A stretch of 20,000 nt of DNA from an uncultured virus (IMG/VR IMGVR_UViG_3300048536_000227) (Duplodnaviria; Heunggongvirae; Uroviricota; Caudoviricetes), in the IMG/VR virus record IMGVR_UViG_3300048536_000227, one strand, 5' to 3'. Each line of letters begins with the position of its first letter. Within the stretch, counting starts at the first letter, position 1. This document shows, in pieces, positions 7,508-15,894 of the stretch. The notes under the pieces are model-generated. The model worked only from the letters and a program-made list of their open reading frames with translations, searched no databases and had not been told where the DNA came from. The translations under genes and the position numbers were made by a program.

Positions 7508-7563
7508 CCTATATTATCCCTTATTTTACTTGATTATTTTATGAACTTTTTTGAATTTTTTGC

Positions 7564-7592
7564 TTGTATTATACAGAAAAATAGTGTATATT
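7564..7592 (+). promoter_or_regulatory. Sigma70-type early promoter
   Basis: TTGTAT-N17-TATATT. Confidence 0.65.
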
Positions 7593-7625
7593 ATATGTAT
7601 AAAAACAAACAAAAGGAGAATCAAT

Positions 7626-7811
7626 ATGTCAAAAATAAAACAATACATTGAAACATCAGTAGAAAATGCTGTTGATAAAATAATTAAAACATTAAGTGAT
7701 GGTCAAATAGACTTTGATACTTGTAAATCAAAGATATTAGAACTTGATAACCTATCAATGGTAGGAATTGATTCAGAAAATGTTGATGAAGTTATATCGG
7801 AGAACATATAA
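7626..7811 (+). CDS. Small hypothetical protein
   Basis: AAGGAG SD before ATG 7626. Confidence 0.7.
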   Translation: MSKIKQYIETSVENAVDKIIKTLSDGQIDFDTCKSKILELDNLSMVGIDSENVDEVISENI

Positions 7812-8140
7812 TGAGAAAAACATTTTTTACATTATTTTTATTATTCATGTACACTTGGTCTTGGTCTATCTTTAATGTTGCCAAGGCAGATGAATATGGC
7901 AAGGCAGTTGTTGGTCATGTGATAACTAATGCTAAAGAGATTGATAAAACTGCTTTGTTAGAAGCAGAACTACAAAGACTTGCTCATAATTATTCTATTG
8001 AAATGATTAGTATATTACAGGTATATTTGCCTAGTATCTTAGACAGTGTTGCTGCTGAAATGAAACAAAATGCTGATAAAACTTTTAAATGTGCTTTATT
8101 AAAAGGAACAGGAAACGATTGCAAAAATGAAAACAACTAA
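7811..8140 (+). CDS. Secreted hypothetical protein
   Basis: Signal peptide ending AKA. Confidence 0.65.
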   Translation: MRKTFFTLFLLFMYTWSWSIFNVAKADEYGKAVVGHVITNAKEIDKTALLEAELQRLAHNYSIEMISILQVYLPSILDSVAAEMKQNADKTFKCALLKGTGNDCKNENN

Positions 8141-8540
8141 AAAATCAAAGGCATTGAAATTTAGAAAAAAGGTGAAAACTGATATGAGCACGAATAAACA
8201 ATATATTACCACCTACAAGGATATTAAAAAGTATTTTAAAGAATTAAACACACTTATATTTAACAATGAGTTGTCTCCGTTTAATCAGATTGAAATTAAA
8301 GACCTAAGACGTGAGAAGTGTATAGGTCAAGTTGTAACTATGGAATGGAAAAGAAAAGGCACTAGAATATTTAAATTAGAAATGATGCCGAAGTATTCCA
8401 ACAAAAGAGATTTTATGGACACTTTAGTCCATGAAATGGTACATTTGTACCAAATGGTAAATAAAGGTGATACAGGTAACCACAATGAAATGTTTTATTC
8501 ATTTGAGAGTAAAGTTAACTATATCGGATTACAACTATAA
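8127..8540 (+). CDS. SprT-like zinc metalloprotease
   Basis: TLVHEMVH (HExxH) with a downstream H..F; N..IFNNEL. Confidence 0.8.
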   Translation: MKTTKKSKALKFRKKVKTDMSTNKQYITTYKDIKKYFKELNTLIFNNELSPFNQIEIKDLRREKCIGQVVTMEWKRKGTRIFKLEMMPKYSNKRDFMDTLVHEMVHLYQMVNKGDTGNHNEMFYSFESKVNYIGLQL

Positions 8541-8553
8541 TAAGGATAATATA

Positions 8554-8829
8554 ATGAGTAAAGGTGAGAAGAACCAGATTGATGAGTGGTTACAAAAACA
8601 AATCAGAAAAGGCATAAACATAGTTGATTATGTTTGGCAAAATAAATCTAACAAGTGGGAACTATATTACACAGGACATTTGCATAAAGATATCCTAGAT
8701 AACTTTCCAGGTAGAACTAATAAAAAAATATTTGCAGGATACAAACAGTATTTAAATAAACCAAATCTAATGTTTACTCAAAAGAAATTTGATGAACATG
8801 GATATAACTACTATGTAAGGAGTATATAA
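8554..8829 (+). CDS. Hypothetical protein
   Basis: AAGGA SD before ATG 8554. Confidence 0.65.
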   Translation: MSKGEKNQIDEWLQKQIRKGINIVDYVWQNKSNKWELYYTGHLHKDILDNFPGRTNKKIFAGYKQYLNKPNLMFTQKKFDEHGYNYYVRSI

Positions 8830-9137
8830 TGACACAACCAAGAGATCATGGACGAAAGTTGAAGAAAGAAGAAAGACAAATCCTACAAGGAGTTGTTGAT
8901 GGTAAAGGATACTATAAAACACCAACAGTTAGTGTTGATAAAACTGAAAATTTAATTACAACATTGGTTGATTTATATCTTTCTAAAATAATTAATTTTG
9001 AAAGAAAATATGACGTGGATTATGTAAGTGACTCTAGTAGGCACCTAATAAGACAGAAATGGTATGTTGTAACACCTGATAAGAATATGCCTTTAAAAAA
9101 CCTTAAACTATTATTGAAAAATGGTAAAATTGCTTAA
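8829..9137 (+). CDS. Hypothetical protein
   Basis: TAATG coupling, AAGGAG SD. Confidence 0.65.
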   Translation: MTQPRDHGRKLKKEERQILQGVVDGKGYYKTPTVSVDKTENLITTLVDLYLSKIINFERKYDVDYVSDSSRHLIRQKWYVVTPDKNMPLKNLKLLLKNGKIA

Positions 9138-9846
9138 AAATACTGATTGGGATTTAGTAGTAGATAGAACTTGGTTTTATACTAAACTTATTTTTTCTTT
9201 GTGTTTAGTTGCCTTTATTTCTTATAAAGTAGGACAATATTATCCTAGTAAGAAGGCACTGGCACATGAAATGATTAAGATGGAAGACCTTTATATTGAA
9301 AAAATAAAAGTCTTAGAGTTAAAAGAACCAGAGTTTGCTTATACAAATGATGTTCAATTTGTAAGAGCAATGCATAAATGTATAGACTATGTAAACTTTA
9401 CATTACCTAGAGACAAAAGAATACCTTATGAAATGATTATTGCTCAGGCAGCTTTAGAAAGTGGTTGGGGAGAAAGTCGTTTTGCTAAAGAAGCAAATAA
9501 TCTATTTGGTATTAGAACGTGGAGTAAAGATGTGCCAGGTTTGAGACCTTTAGGTGTTAAAAACACAACGTGGAAAGTAAGAATATTTGATACAAAGTGT
9601 GGAAGTGTAAAAGAATATATCCGTCTTTTAAACGAACATCCTGCCTATAAAGAATTTAGAGCAGTAAGAAAACAATATTTTGTTAAGAACTTGGATCCTA
9701 ATCCATTAGTATTAATAAAAAACATTGATAAATTTTCTACTACAAAAGACTATGATGTTAGAGTCAGTAGAATTATCAATAAGATAAGAAAACTTGAGTC
9801 AACTTATGCCAGTGACAAAAGTATAACTAATAACGAGGAGAGATAG
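9121..9846 (+). CDS. Membrane-anchored glucosaminidase (GH73/Bax-like peptidoglycan hydrolase)
   Basis: AQAALESGWGESRFAKEANNLFGI, LNEHPAY and YS/FS-T..DY motifs; N-terminal TM helix. Confidence 0.85.
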   Translation: MVKLLKNTDWDLVVDRTWFYTKLIFSLCLVAFISYKVGQYYPSKKALAHEMIKMEDLYIEKIKVLELKEPEFAYTNDVQFVRAMHKCIDYVNFTLPRDKRIPYEMIIAQAALESGWGESRFAKEANNLFGIRTWSKDVPGLRPLGVKNTTWKVRIFDTKCGSVKEYIRLLNEHPAYKEFRAVRKQYFVKNLDPNPLVLIKNIDKFSTTKDYDVRVSRIINKIRKLESTYASDKSITNNEER

Positions 9847-9847
9847 T

Positions 9848-10249
9848 ATGAATAAATTAATGGCAACTATAATAACAATTATGTTATTAAACACAAACGT
9901 ATATGCTCAGGAATTAACTGAGTTACAAAAGTGGCTTGCAAAACCAGGTGCTGAAGTTGAACAGTATGTTCAGGCAACCAGAGATAATTCTGATGGTACA
10001 TGGAGAATACCTGATGAAAATCTAATAATGAAAAAGATTGATGACAAAGAGAATTTTTGGTTTGTCCTTAATACAAAAAACTGTTGGGTTTTTTATGTAA
10101 AAGGTGATAGTGCTGAACAAGCATTTTACAACTATACATCTAATACAAGTAGTTATGGTTTTAACTTTGCAGGTAGAGAAGATGAGATTATGCAACTTAA
10201 AAAGAAGTATGGAATCATTAAAACTTTGGGAGAAGTTAATCACTCTTAA
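9848..10249 (+). CDS. Secreted hypothetical protein
   Basis: GAGGAG SD; signal peptide ending VYA. Confidence 0.65.
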   Translation: MNKLMATIITIMLLNTNVYAQELTELQKWLAKPGAEVEQYVQATRDNSDGTWRIPDENLIMKKIDDKENFWFVLNTKNCWVFYVKGDSAEQAFYNYTSNTSSYGFNFAGREDEIMQLKKKYGIIKTLGEVNHS

Positions 10250-10252
10250 TGC

Positions 10253-10281
10253 TTGACAAAGTGTTAAAAATGTGATAGTAT
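10253..10281 (+). promoter_or_regulatory. Sigma70-type early promoter
   Basis: TTGACA-N17-TAGTAT with TGn. Confidence 0.8.
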
Positions 10282-10287
10282 ATGACT

Positions 10288-10446
10288 ATGAAAAATAGAC
10301 AAGATCAAAAAAGACTTATACAAAATGCTGAAAGAGCGTGTAAAAACGCTCAATCAGATTGGGCAAAGAAATACTGGTTCGGTGTATTTGAACAATTGTG
10401 TAAGAAATATAATATGATGAACTACTATATAAAGGCAATACACTAA
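10288..10446 (+). CDS. Small hypothetical protein (52 aa, not in track), probably leaderless
   Basis: MKNRQDQKRLIQNAERACKNAQSDWAKKYWFGVF...; TAATG-coupled to the next gene. Confidence 0.7.
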   Translation: MKNRQDQKRLIQNAERACKNAQSDWAKKYWFGVFEQLCKKYNMMNYYIKAIH

Positions 10447-11024
10447 TGAATATATTTTACGTTGATAAAAATCCTGTTACGGCAGCAAAGATGATGTGTG
10501 ATAAACACATTATCAAAATGATATTAGAGTCTGCTCAAATGCTATGCACGGCAAAACGTGTGCTAGACGGCAAAGAATATTTTGCTAAAACAAAGAACGG
10601 CAGAAATATCAAAAGATGGAAACTTGATAATCCTAATGAAGAAGCAACTATCTACAAGGCAGGTTGGTTAGGTCACCCTAGTACACAATGGGTTCTAAAG
10701 TCTGCTTACAATTACACATGGTTATACAAACACATGATTGCTCTAAATGAAGAATACAAACTAAGATGGCAAAAAGATAAAGATCATGTTTCTATTACAA
10801 AACTAAGTCAACTGCTATCTGTTCCACCTAAAAATGCACCATTAGATGTTATAGGTACAGATGCTACACCAGCAATGCCAGATCATTGTAAAATACCAGG
10901 TGATGTGGTAGGGTCTTATAGAAAATACTATATACTAGAGAAACGAAAGTTTGCTAAATGGGAAAAACCAAATGCAGTAATGCCTGACTGGTATAAAAAA
11001 GGAATAGAACAAGATGCCAGGTAA
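10446..11024 (+). CDS. Pyrimidine-dimer DNA glycosylase/endonuclease V-like protein
   Basis: MNIFYVD...CDKHIIKMILESAQML, HPSTQW, AMPD, YRKYY. Confidence 0.75.
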   Translation: MNIFYVDKNPVTAAKMMCDKHIIKMILESAQMLCTAKRVLDGKEYFAKTKNGRNIKRWKLDNPNEEATIYKAGWLGHPSTQWVLKSAYNYTWLYKHMIALNEEYKLRWQKDKDHVSITKLSQLLSVPPKNAPLDVIGTDATPAMPDHCKIPGDVVGSYRKYYILEKRKFAKWEKPNAVMPDWYKKGIEQDAR

Positions 11025-11139
11025 GTGGGACGGAAAAAGCAGGATTCCTAATAAGCAATATAGGGAAAACTATGACAAAATCTTTAACAAAAAAAAGAGT
11101 ACAAAAAGAGAAACCAAAAATATACGAAAGAAATCCTGA
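11014..11139 (+). CDS. Micro-ORF (41 aa)
   Basis: MPGKWDGKSRIPNKQYRENYDKIF...; AAGG SD. Confidence 0.55.
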   Translation: MPGKWDGKSRIPNKQYRENYDKIFNKKKSTKRETKNIRKKS

Positions 11140-11224
11140 TACAGGAGTTATTCGTTGGCGATATGTTGGTGAGTCACCAGATAAATATGGATGGCCGAAC
11201 TATGGCAGAATATTACAAAAGTGA
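11072..11224 (+). CDS. Micro-ORF (50 aa)
   Basis: AGGGA SD; ...PKIYERNPDTGVIRWRYVGESPDKYGWPNYGRIL. Confidence 0.55.
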   Translation: MTKSLTKKRVQKEKPKIYERNPDTGVIRWRYVGESPDKYGWPNYGRILQK

Positions 11225-11408
11225 AAATGGGAAGAGAACATTAATGGCATTGAGTCAAGTAAAACAAAGTAAACAATTTAAACTTGATGTTACAGACTAT
11301 CAGGATGTTGCAGATTGTATAAGAAGTGATCAAGTACCTGCTAATCATATTGCAGAATACTTTAACGATAAAAAGTTTTTTAACTGGTACAAAAGGAAAT
11401 ACTTATGA
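11202..11408 (+). CDS. Small hypothetical protein (start uncertain: 11202 or 11244)
   Basis: C-terminal DCIRSDQVPA..IAEYF.DK.F..WY. Confidence 0.6.
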   Translation: MAEYYKSENGKRTLMALSQVKQSKQFKLDVTDYQDVADCIRSDQVPANHIAEYFNDKKFFNWYKRKYL

Positions 11409-11515
11409 CATTAGGATACGGCCTAGCATTAGGATTTATAGGAATAACATTAACAGTAGTGGTATGTTATGTACTACTAATTATGTATGAAGTACATAAA
11501 GGAGACGATAAATAA
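11405..11515 (+). CDS. Single-TM micro-protein (36 aa, not in track)
   Basis: ATGA overlap, AAGGA SD; MTLGYGLALGFIGITLTVVVCYVLLIMY. Confidence 0.6.
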   Translation: MTLGYGLALGFIGITLTVVVCYVLLIMYEVHKGDDK

Positions 11516-11519
11516 ACAT

Positions 11520-11705
11520 ATGATTAAAGAAGCATTAATAAAAAAATTAGAAGGTGATATAGCAGTTGCAGAAGCAGACTTAAAACTATTTTTAGCAGAA
11601 CCTATTGGCGTTGCTGAACATATAGATTATGTTGAAACAGCAGAGAAGAAAACCGCTAAACTAGCAGAGGCAAAAGATAAGTTAGAAGCTATCAAAAATC
11701 TGTAA
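11520..11705 (+). CDS. Small coiled-coil protein
   Basis: PIGVAEHID motif recalled from marine T4-like phages; ATAAATA late-like element at 11508. Confidence 0.7.
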   Translation: MIKEALIKKLEGDIAVAEADLKLFLAEPIGVAEHIDYVETAEKKTAKLAEAKDKLEAIKNL

Positions 11706-12019
11706 TGCCAATCTATACATTTGAAAATAAAAAGACTAATGAAGTCTATGATGAAATGATGACCATTTCTGAAATGGAAGAATATCTTAAAAAGAACAAA
11801 CATGTAAAACAACAGATTACAAGTGTTAATATTGTAGGTGGTGTTAGTGGTATTAGTTATAGAGGTGATCAAGGATGGAAAGAAGTGCAATCCAAGATAG
11901 CAGAAGCACATCCACAAAGTCATCTTGCAAAAGAACATAGAAAAAGATCAATTAAAGAGATAAAAACAGATCAAGTAATTAAAAAACATAGGGCTAGACA
12001 ACGTGGAAAAAATAAATAA
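11705..12019 (+). CDS. FmdB-like regulatory protein (Cys-less)
   Basis: MPIYTFENKKTNE N-terminus; GWKEVQSKIAEAHP. Confidence 0.6.
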   Translation: MPIYTFENKKTNEVYDEMMTISEMEEYLKKNKHVKQQITSVNIVGGVSGISYRGDQGWKEVQSKIAEAHPQSHLAKEHRKRSIKEIKTDQVIKKHRARQRGKNK

Positions 12020-12022
12020 TAC

Positions 12023-12137
12023 TATACAAAGTGAGCAACTGAAAAGCAACGGTCGTATACCAGAGACGAGTAGGTCAATCCACTTTTTGTATAATTCCAT
12101 AAAAAGGGCAGGACTTCCTGCTAGGAAGCTTGCCCTT
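12023..12137 (+). ncRNA. Candidate structured RNA/leader
   Basis: Follows ATAAATA (12012-12018). Enclosing stem TATACAAAGTG/CACTTTTTGTATA. 15-bp hairpin AAGGGCAGG-A-CTTCCT/AGGAAG-CTTGCCCTT. Confidence 0.55.
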
Positions 12138-12153
12138 AATTAAAGGAGAACTC

Positions 12154-12552
12154 ATGGCAGATTTACCAGATTTTATGAGAGAGTTTGATACAGATGTGGA
12201 TTATGGTTTTACTGCTGTTTCTACAAAACCAGAAACAGAAACACAACCAACTATCGATCCATCAGTTATTGAAAACTCTAATTTAGAATTAGCAAAAGTT
12301 AAAACAGATGTTGCAGATATCAAAACAATGATGAATGAGATAATGCAAATCACAGCAGAAAAAGAAACTGTTACAAAAGAAATACAGGATGCTGATACAC
12401 AAAAGAGATTTAAAGAAATAGAAAAAATAGTATTACCATTTCTATACAACTTATCAAAATCAAATGAACCTTATATACACTGGCCGAATAGAGCGCCGAT
12501 AATTAAGGCACAAATGGATAAGTTATTACAATTAACAAGAGGAAAAAAATGA
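12154..12552 (+). CDS. Conserved hypothetical protein with coiled coil
   Basis: AAGGAG SD before ATG 12154; LPFLYNL...YIHWPNR. Confidence 0.75.
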   Translation: MADLPDFMREFDTDVDYGFTAVSTKPETETQPTIDPSVIENSNLELAKVKTDVADIKTMMNEIMQITAEKETVTKEIQDADTQKRFKEIEKIVLPFLYNLSKSNEPYIHWPNRAPIIKAQMDKLLQLTRGKK

Positions 12553-13019
12553 AACTAACTAATAATTTTAGTCTAAGCGAAATGACGAGAAGCCAAACAG
12601 CTACTCGTAGAGGAATTAATAATAATCCTAGTGAAGATCATATGAATAACTTAAAAGAGTTATGCGAAAAAGTATTACAACCTGTTAGAGATCACTTTAA
12701 AAAAGTGGTTTCAATATCTAGCGGCTATAGAAGTCCAGAGTTATGCGAGGCAATTGGATCATCTAAAACGTCACAGCATGCCAAAGGCCAGGCTGCAGAC
12801 TTTGAAATTCATAGTCTTTCAAATGCTGAACTAGTAAAATGGATCAGTGAAAATTGTGAATTTGACCAAATGATATTGGAATTTCATAACCTAGATGAAC
12901 CAAACAGTGGTTGGGTGCATTGCTCATATAGAGCAGATGGTGAAAACCGAAAACAAATATTGAGAGCATATAAAAACGATAGTAACAAAACTTGTTACGA
13001 ATCTTACGATCCTAAATGA
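12549..13019 (+). CDS. Peptidase M15A (Zn D-Ala-D-Ala carboxypeptidase-like), putative endolysin
   Basis: LTNNFSLSEMTRS, SGYRS, SQHAKGQAADF, WVHCS. Confidence 0.88.
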   Translation: MKLTNNFSLSEMTRSQTATRRGINNNPSEDHMNNLKELCEKVLQPVRDHFKKVVSISSGYRSPELCEAIGSSKTSQHAKGQAADFEIHSLSNAELVKWISENCEFDQMILEFHNLDEPNSGWVHCSYRADGENRKQILRAYKNDSNKTCYESYDPK

Positions 13020-13098
13020 AAGGAAAAACGGGATAATTTAAGACAAAGTCCCGATTTAATCAATGATCATATGATGGAATATAGATCATCATAGGTGC

Positions 13099-13127
13099 TT
13101 GACATTCTTCTATTTTTGTGTTATAAT
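13099..13127 (+). promoter_or_regulatory. Perfect-consensus sigma70 promoter
   Basis: TTGACA-N17-TATAAT with TGn. Confidence 0.88.
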
Positions 13128-13151
13128 AGACACTTAAACAATAGGAGAAAT

Positions 13152-13313
13152 ATGGAAAATATAAAAAACTGGTTAATCGCAGAAAAAGAAAACATTATCG
13201 AGTTTCAAAAAAATAGTTGGGAACAAGGTAAGACTCAATTGACTGAAAATGGTGAAACTATATCTCAAGCAGTTGAGACAGTTACAACTTTTATTCAATC
13301 ATCTTTAATGTAA
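13152..13313 (+). CDS. Small hypothetical protein
   Basis: AGGAG SD before ATG 13152. Confidence 0.65.
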   Translation: MENIKNWLIAEKENIIEFQKNSWEQGKTQLTENGETISQAVETVTTFIQSSLM

Positions 13314-13331
13314 CAATAGGAAAAATATATT

Positions 13332-14048
13332 ATGACTTTTAAACATGTGAAATTAGATCAATCCGTCTTACCAAAAAACTTAGGTAAAAAGGGTAAGAAT
13401 CAAAACGGAATTAGAATCTATGAAGTAGATGGCGTAAATATGCCATCCGTTACATCTATCTTAGGATCAATACCAGAGAAGAAACTAGTATTAGAGAAGT
13501 GGAGAAAGGCTGTTGGTGAAGCAATGGCAAACTATATCTCACTTCAGGCAACATCCAGAGGTAAGACAACCCATACTCTTATAGAAAATCATTTAAACAA
13601 TGAAGATGATAAGTCTATAGGAATTACAAAAGTAGGACCATTAGGTCTTTTTAGAATTGTTAAACCTTACCTAGCAAGAATAGAAGAAATTTATTTGTTA
13701 GAGGAAATAATGTATTCAAAAGAATGGTCAGTTGCAGGTCAAGTTGATTGCGTTGCTAAGTACAAAGGTAAGTTATCTATTATTGATTTCAAAACCTCAA
13801 CAAAACAAAGAGACGAAAAATACAACTATGCTAACTTCTTACAATGTTCAGCATATGCTAAAATGTTTGAAGAACTATATCCAGAGAAGAAGATAGAACA
13901 AACAGTAATTTTAGCTGCTTGTGAAGATGGTTTTGTACAAGAATGGATACATGGTAAAGATAAGATTAAAGAACACCAAGAGTTATTCGTTAAACACACA
14001 ACTGATTTTTTCAATAAACACAGTGAACAAATAGCAAATGTAGTATAA
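13332..14048 (+). CDS. PD-(D/E)XK exonuclease
   Basis: PSVTSIL, RGKTTH, AGQVDCV, IIDFKTS, QCSAYA. Confidence 0.88.
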   Translation: MTFKHVKLDQSVLPKNLGKKGKNQNGIRIYEVDGVNMPSVTSILGSIPEKKLVLEKWRKAVGEAMANYISLQATSRGKTTHTLIENHLNNEDDKSIGITKVGPLGLFRIVKPYLARIEEIYLLEEIMYSKEWSVAGQVDCVAKYKGKLSIIDFKTSTKQRDEKYNYANFLQCSAYAKMFEELYPEKKIEQTVILAACEDGFVQEWIHGKDKIKEHQELFVKHTTDFFNKHSEQIANVV

Positions 14049-14051
14049 ATA
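14044..14051 (+). promoter_or_regulatory. T4-type late promoter
   Basis: TATAAATA. Confidence 0.7.
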
Positions 14052-14074
14052 GTTAAGTCAATAAGGACTTACTA

Positions 14075-14440
14075 ATGAAAAAAATAATACTCACATTGTT
14101 ATTATGTTTATTTTCTACAGTATCATATTCAGATCACAATGGTAAACCATTTAAGTTTATAGAATCAACAGTGCCAGTTTGGTGTGGTCTTGCTGAAGAT
14201 GTAGAAGAATTTTTATCAGATCACAACTATAAACCTGTTACTATTTCATTTGGTAAAGTCGGTGCTCAATCAGATGGTGATATAGTATTTGCGTCAATGA
14301 TTTATATAAATATGAACGAAAATCGATTGATACCTGTAATGATTGCTCCAGAAGGATTCCAATCATGTTTAATGTATGTATCATTTGACTTATCATTTAA
14401 TCATCAAATATTAGAAGAATTTAAGGAGTACATAAAATAA
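14075..14440 (+). CDS. Secreted hypothetical protein
   Basis: MKKIILTLLLCLFSTVSYS signal peptide; AAGGA SD. Confidence 0.7.
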   Translation: MKKIILTLLLCLFSTVSYSDHNGKPFKFIESTVPVWCGLAEDVEEFLSDHNYKPVTISFGKVGAQSDGDIVFASMIYINMNENRLIPVMIAPEGFQSCLMYVSFDLSFNHQILEEFKEYIK

Positions 14441-14481
14441 TGTGGCCATATACAGATGACGAAGCCAAGTGGCTTAAATAG
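14440..14481 (+). CDS. Candidate 13-aa micropeptide MWPYTDDEAKWLK
   Basis: TAATG coupling; AAGGAG at 14423-14428. Confidence 0.4.
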   Translation: MWPYTDDEAKWLK

Positions 14482-14485
14482 GATA

Positions 14486-14514
14486 TTGACTTTTTAACAT
14501 AACCGTGTTATAAT
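14486..14514 (+). promoter_or_regulatory. Sigma70-type promoter
   Basis: TTGACT-N17-TATAAT with TGn. Confidence 0.85.
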
Positions 14515-14519
14515 AAGAT

Positions 14520-15056
14520 ATGAAACAATTTAGAGAACTTTATAACGAAGCAAGTTTGAGTAGAGTCTATTCTCATACTCAAAAAAGAAATATTGCTATT
14601 GTATCTGCTGAAAGAGATCAGTATACCAAGGCTGAAAATGCCAAAAGAACAAACGAACTAAAGGCAGATATTAGAAGAAATGGATTTGGTTTCTTAACTA
14701 TCAAAGGCATATATCAAGGAACAGTTGAAATGTCTTTTATGATAATCGGTCCAGAAGACAAAGATAAGAATAGAACAAAACAATTTGCTGTTGCTCTAGG
14801 TAAAAAATATTCACAAGACTCTGTTTTAATTAAACAACCAGACAATGATAACGCTTATGTTGTAGGTACAAACACAACAGGTAGTTTAGGTATGGGTAGA
14901 GAGGCGTCACTAGGTAAGTGGCACCCTAACAGATCAGGTGAATATCTAAGTGCATTAGGAAACAAAAAGAGTAAAACATTTGTTTTTGAAAGTATAAAGT
15001 TTGAATATCAAAATAGAGAATACGCCAACCGAGAACGAGATATGGTTGAATTTTAA
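14520..15056 (+). CDS. Conserved phage hypothetical protein, probably leaderless
   Basis: SLSRV, IVSAER, KYSQDSVL; ATG 5 nt after the -10 box. Confidence 0.7.
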   Translation: MKQFRELYNEASLSRVYSHTQKRNIAIVSAERDQYTKAENAKRTNELKADIRRNGFGFLTIKGIYQGTVEMSFMIIGPEDKDKNRTKQFAVALGKKYSQDSVLIKQPDNDNAYVVGTNTTGSLGMGREASLGKWHPNRSGEYLSALGNKKSKTFVFESIKFEYQNREYANRERDMVEF

Positions 15057-15073
15057 TTGAGAGGGATTATATT

Positions 15074-15295
15074 ATGTTGATGAATAGTAAGAAGTTTGGA
15101 TTGCTTATAGAAGCAATGGTTAAAGAGAGAAGAATTCCATACATGGACGCTGTGTTAAAATATTGTGAAGAAAACGATATAGACACGTCAACTGTAGGAC
15201 CATTAATAAACAAATCACTAAAAGAAAAAATACAAATGGAGGCTGAGAAGTTGAACCTGATTGAAAAATCAAGTACTGCTTGCTTGCCACTATGA
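15074..15295 (+). CDS. 33: Late transcription coactivator gp33
   Basis: YMDAVLKYCEENDID...LINKSLKEKIQMEA..LNL; immediately upstream of gp59. Confidence 0.88.
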   Translation: MLMNSKKFGLLIEAMVKERRIPYMDAVLKYCEENDIDTSTVGPLINKSLKEKIQMEAEKLNLIEKSSTACLPL

Positions 15296-15894
15296 CGAGT
15301 TATGAATGTTACAGGTTATATCTTGCTATTAAGTTGCATTTTACTTCCAGTAGTTATGACTATTTTAAACATAATGCCAAAGTAAATTGCAGTATGAATA
15401 CGTTTCTAAAAAGAAACGATAGGTTTTTCTTTCATAAATTAACGACTAAATATAACGAAGAAGAATTGATGATGTATTTTGTTTCAAACTTCTTAAACAA
15501 AACCAAAACTTGGGTAGGAGATTTAGTAAGAAATGAAGGAGAAACTAATTACAACGATTGGAAGAAATATAATGAATCTTTTAGTTACAATTTTCGAAAT
15601 GATTGTACTGTTTTTTATAATGACCTTAGCGACAACTCTATTCGCTTTGATGATGGTCTCTTATGCAATAGCGGACAACATCCTATCTTGCTACGGTTAC
15701 TTCTTTCAAAAAAGATCAGATTGGAAACAATCATCATCTTTGATAAGATATTATCGTTTGTTAAGAATTGGGATAAGAACATATCGGAACAAGTTATCTG
15801 GCCTGATGTCTCAAAAAGGTTAAAAAAGTATTCACCATTTGTTAGATACAATCTAACTAAATGTAAATTTATAATGAGAGAGGTGTTTGTATGA
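15292..15894 (+). CDS. 59: Helicase loader gp59
   Basis: YLAIKLHFT...YDYFK, F.KRNDR.FF.KL; synteny 33-59-(…)-32. Confidence 0.9.
   Translation: MTSYECYRLYLAIKLHFTSSSYDYFKHNAKVNCSMNTFLKRNDRFFFHKLTTKYNEEELMMYFVSNFLNKTKTWVGDLVRNEGETNYNDWKKYNESFSYNFRNDCTVFYNDLSDNSIRFDDGLLCNSGQHPILLRLLLSKKIRLETIIIFDKILSFVKNWDKNISEQVIWPDVSKRLKKYSPFVRYNLTKCKFIMREVFV

Noticed and set aside
12034..12080. TPP riboswitch, hammerhead or hairpin ribozyme
   Set aside because: Only partial look-alikes (CUGA...GGU..UAUACC...GUAGG; ACCAGAGA). The UGAGA/P2-P3 arm, the CUGANGA+GAAA core and the hairpin loop B partner strand are all missing.
13029..13092. Weak inverted repeats after the endolysin (CGGGA/TCCCG, TGATC/GATCA)
   Set aside because: Short stems with large loops and no U-tail; could arise by chance.
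2969..13151. Upstream-extended starts (2969, 3898, 4395, 7551, 8467, 12130, 13095)
   Set aside because: They run through promoters, hairpins or previous genes; downstream ATGs have SDs or translational coupling.
13332..14048. Cas4/CRISPR system
   Set aside because: No Fe-S Cys cluster pattern, other cas genes or repeat-spacer array; it is an ordinary phage exonuclease.
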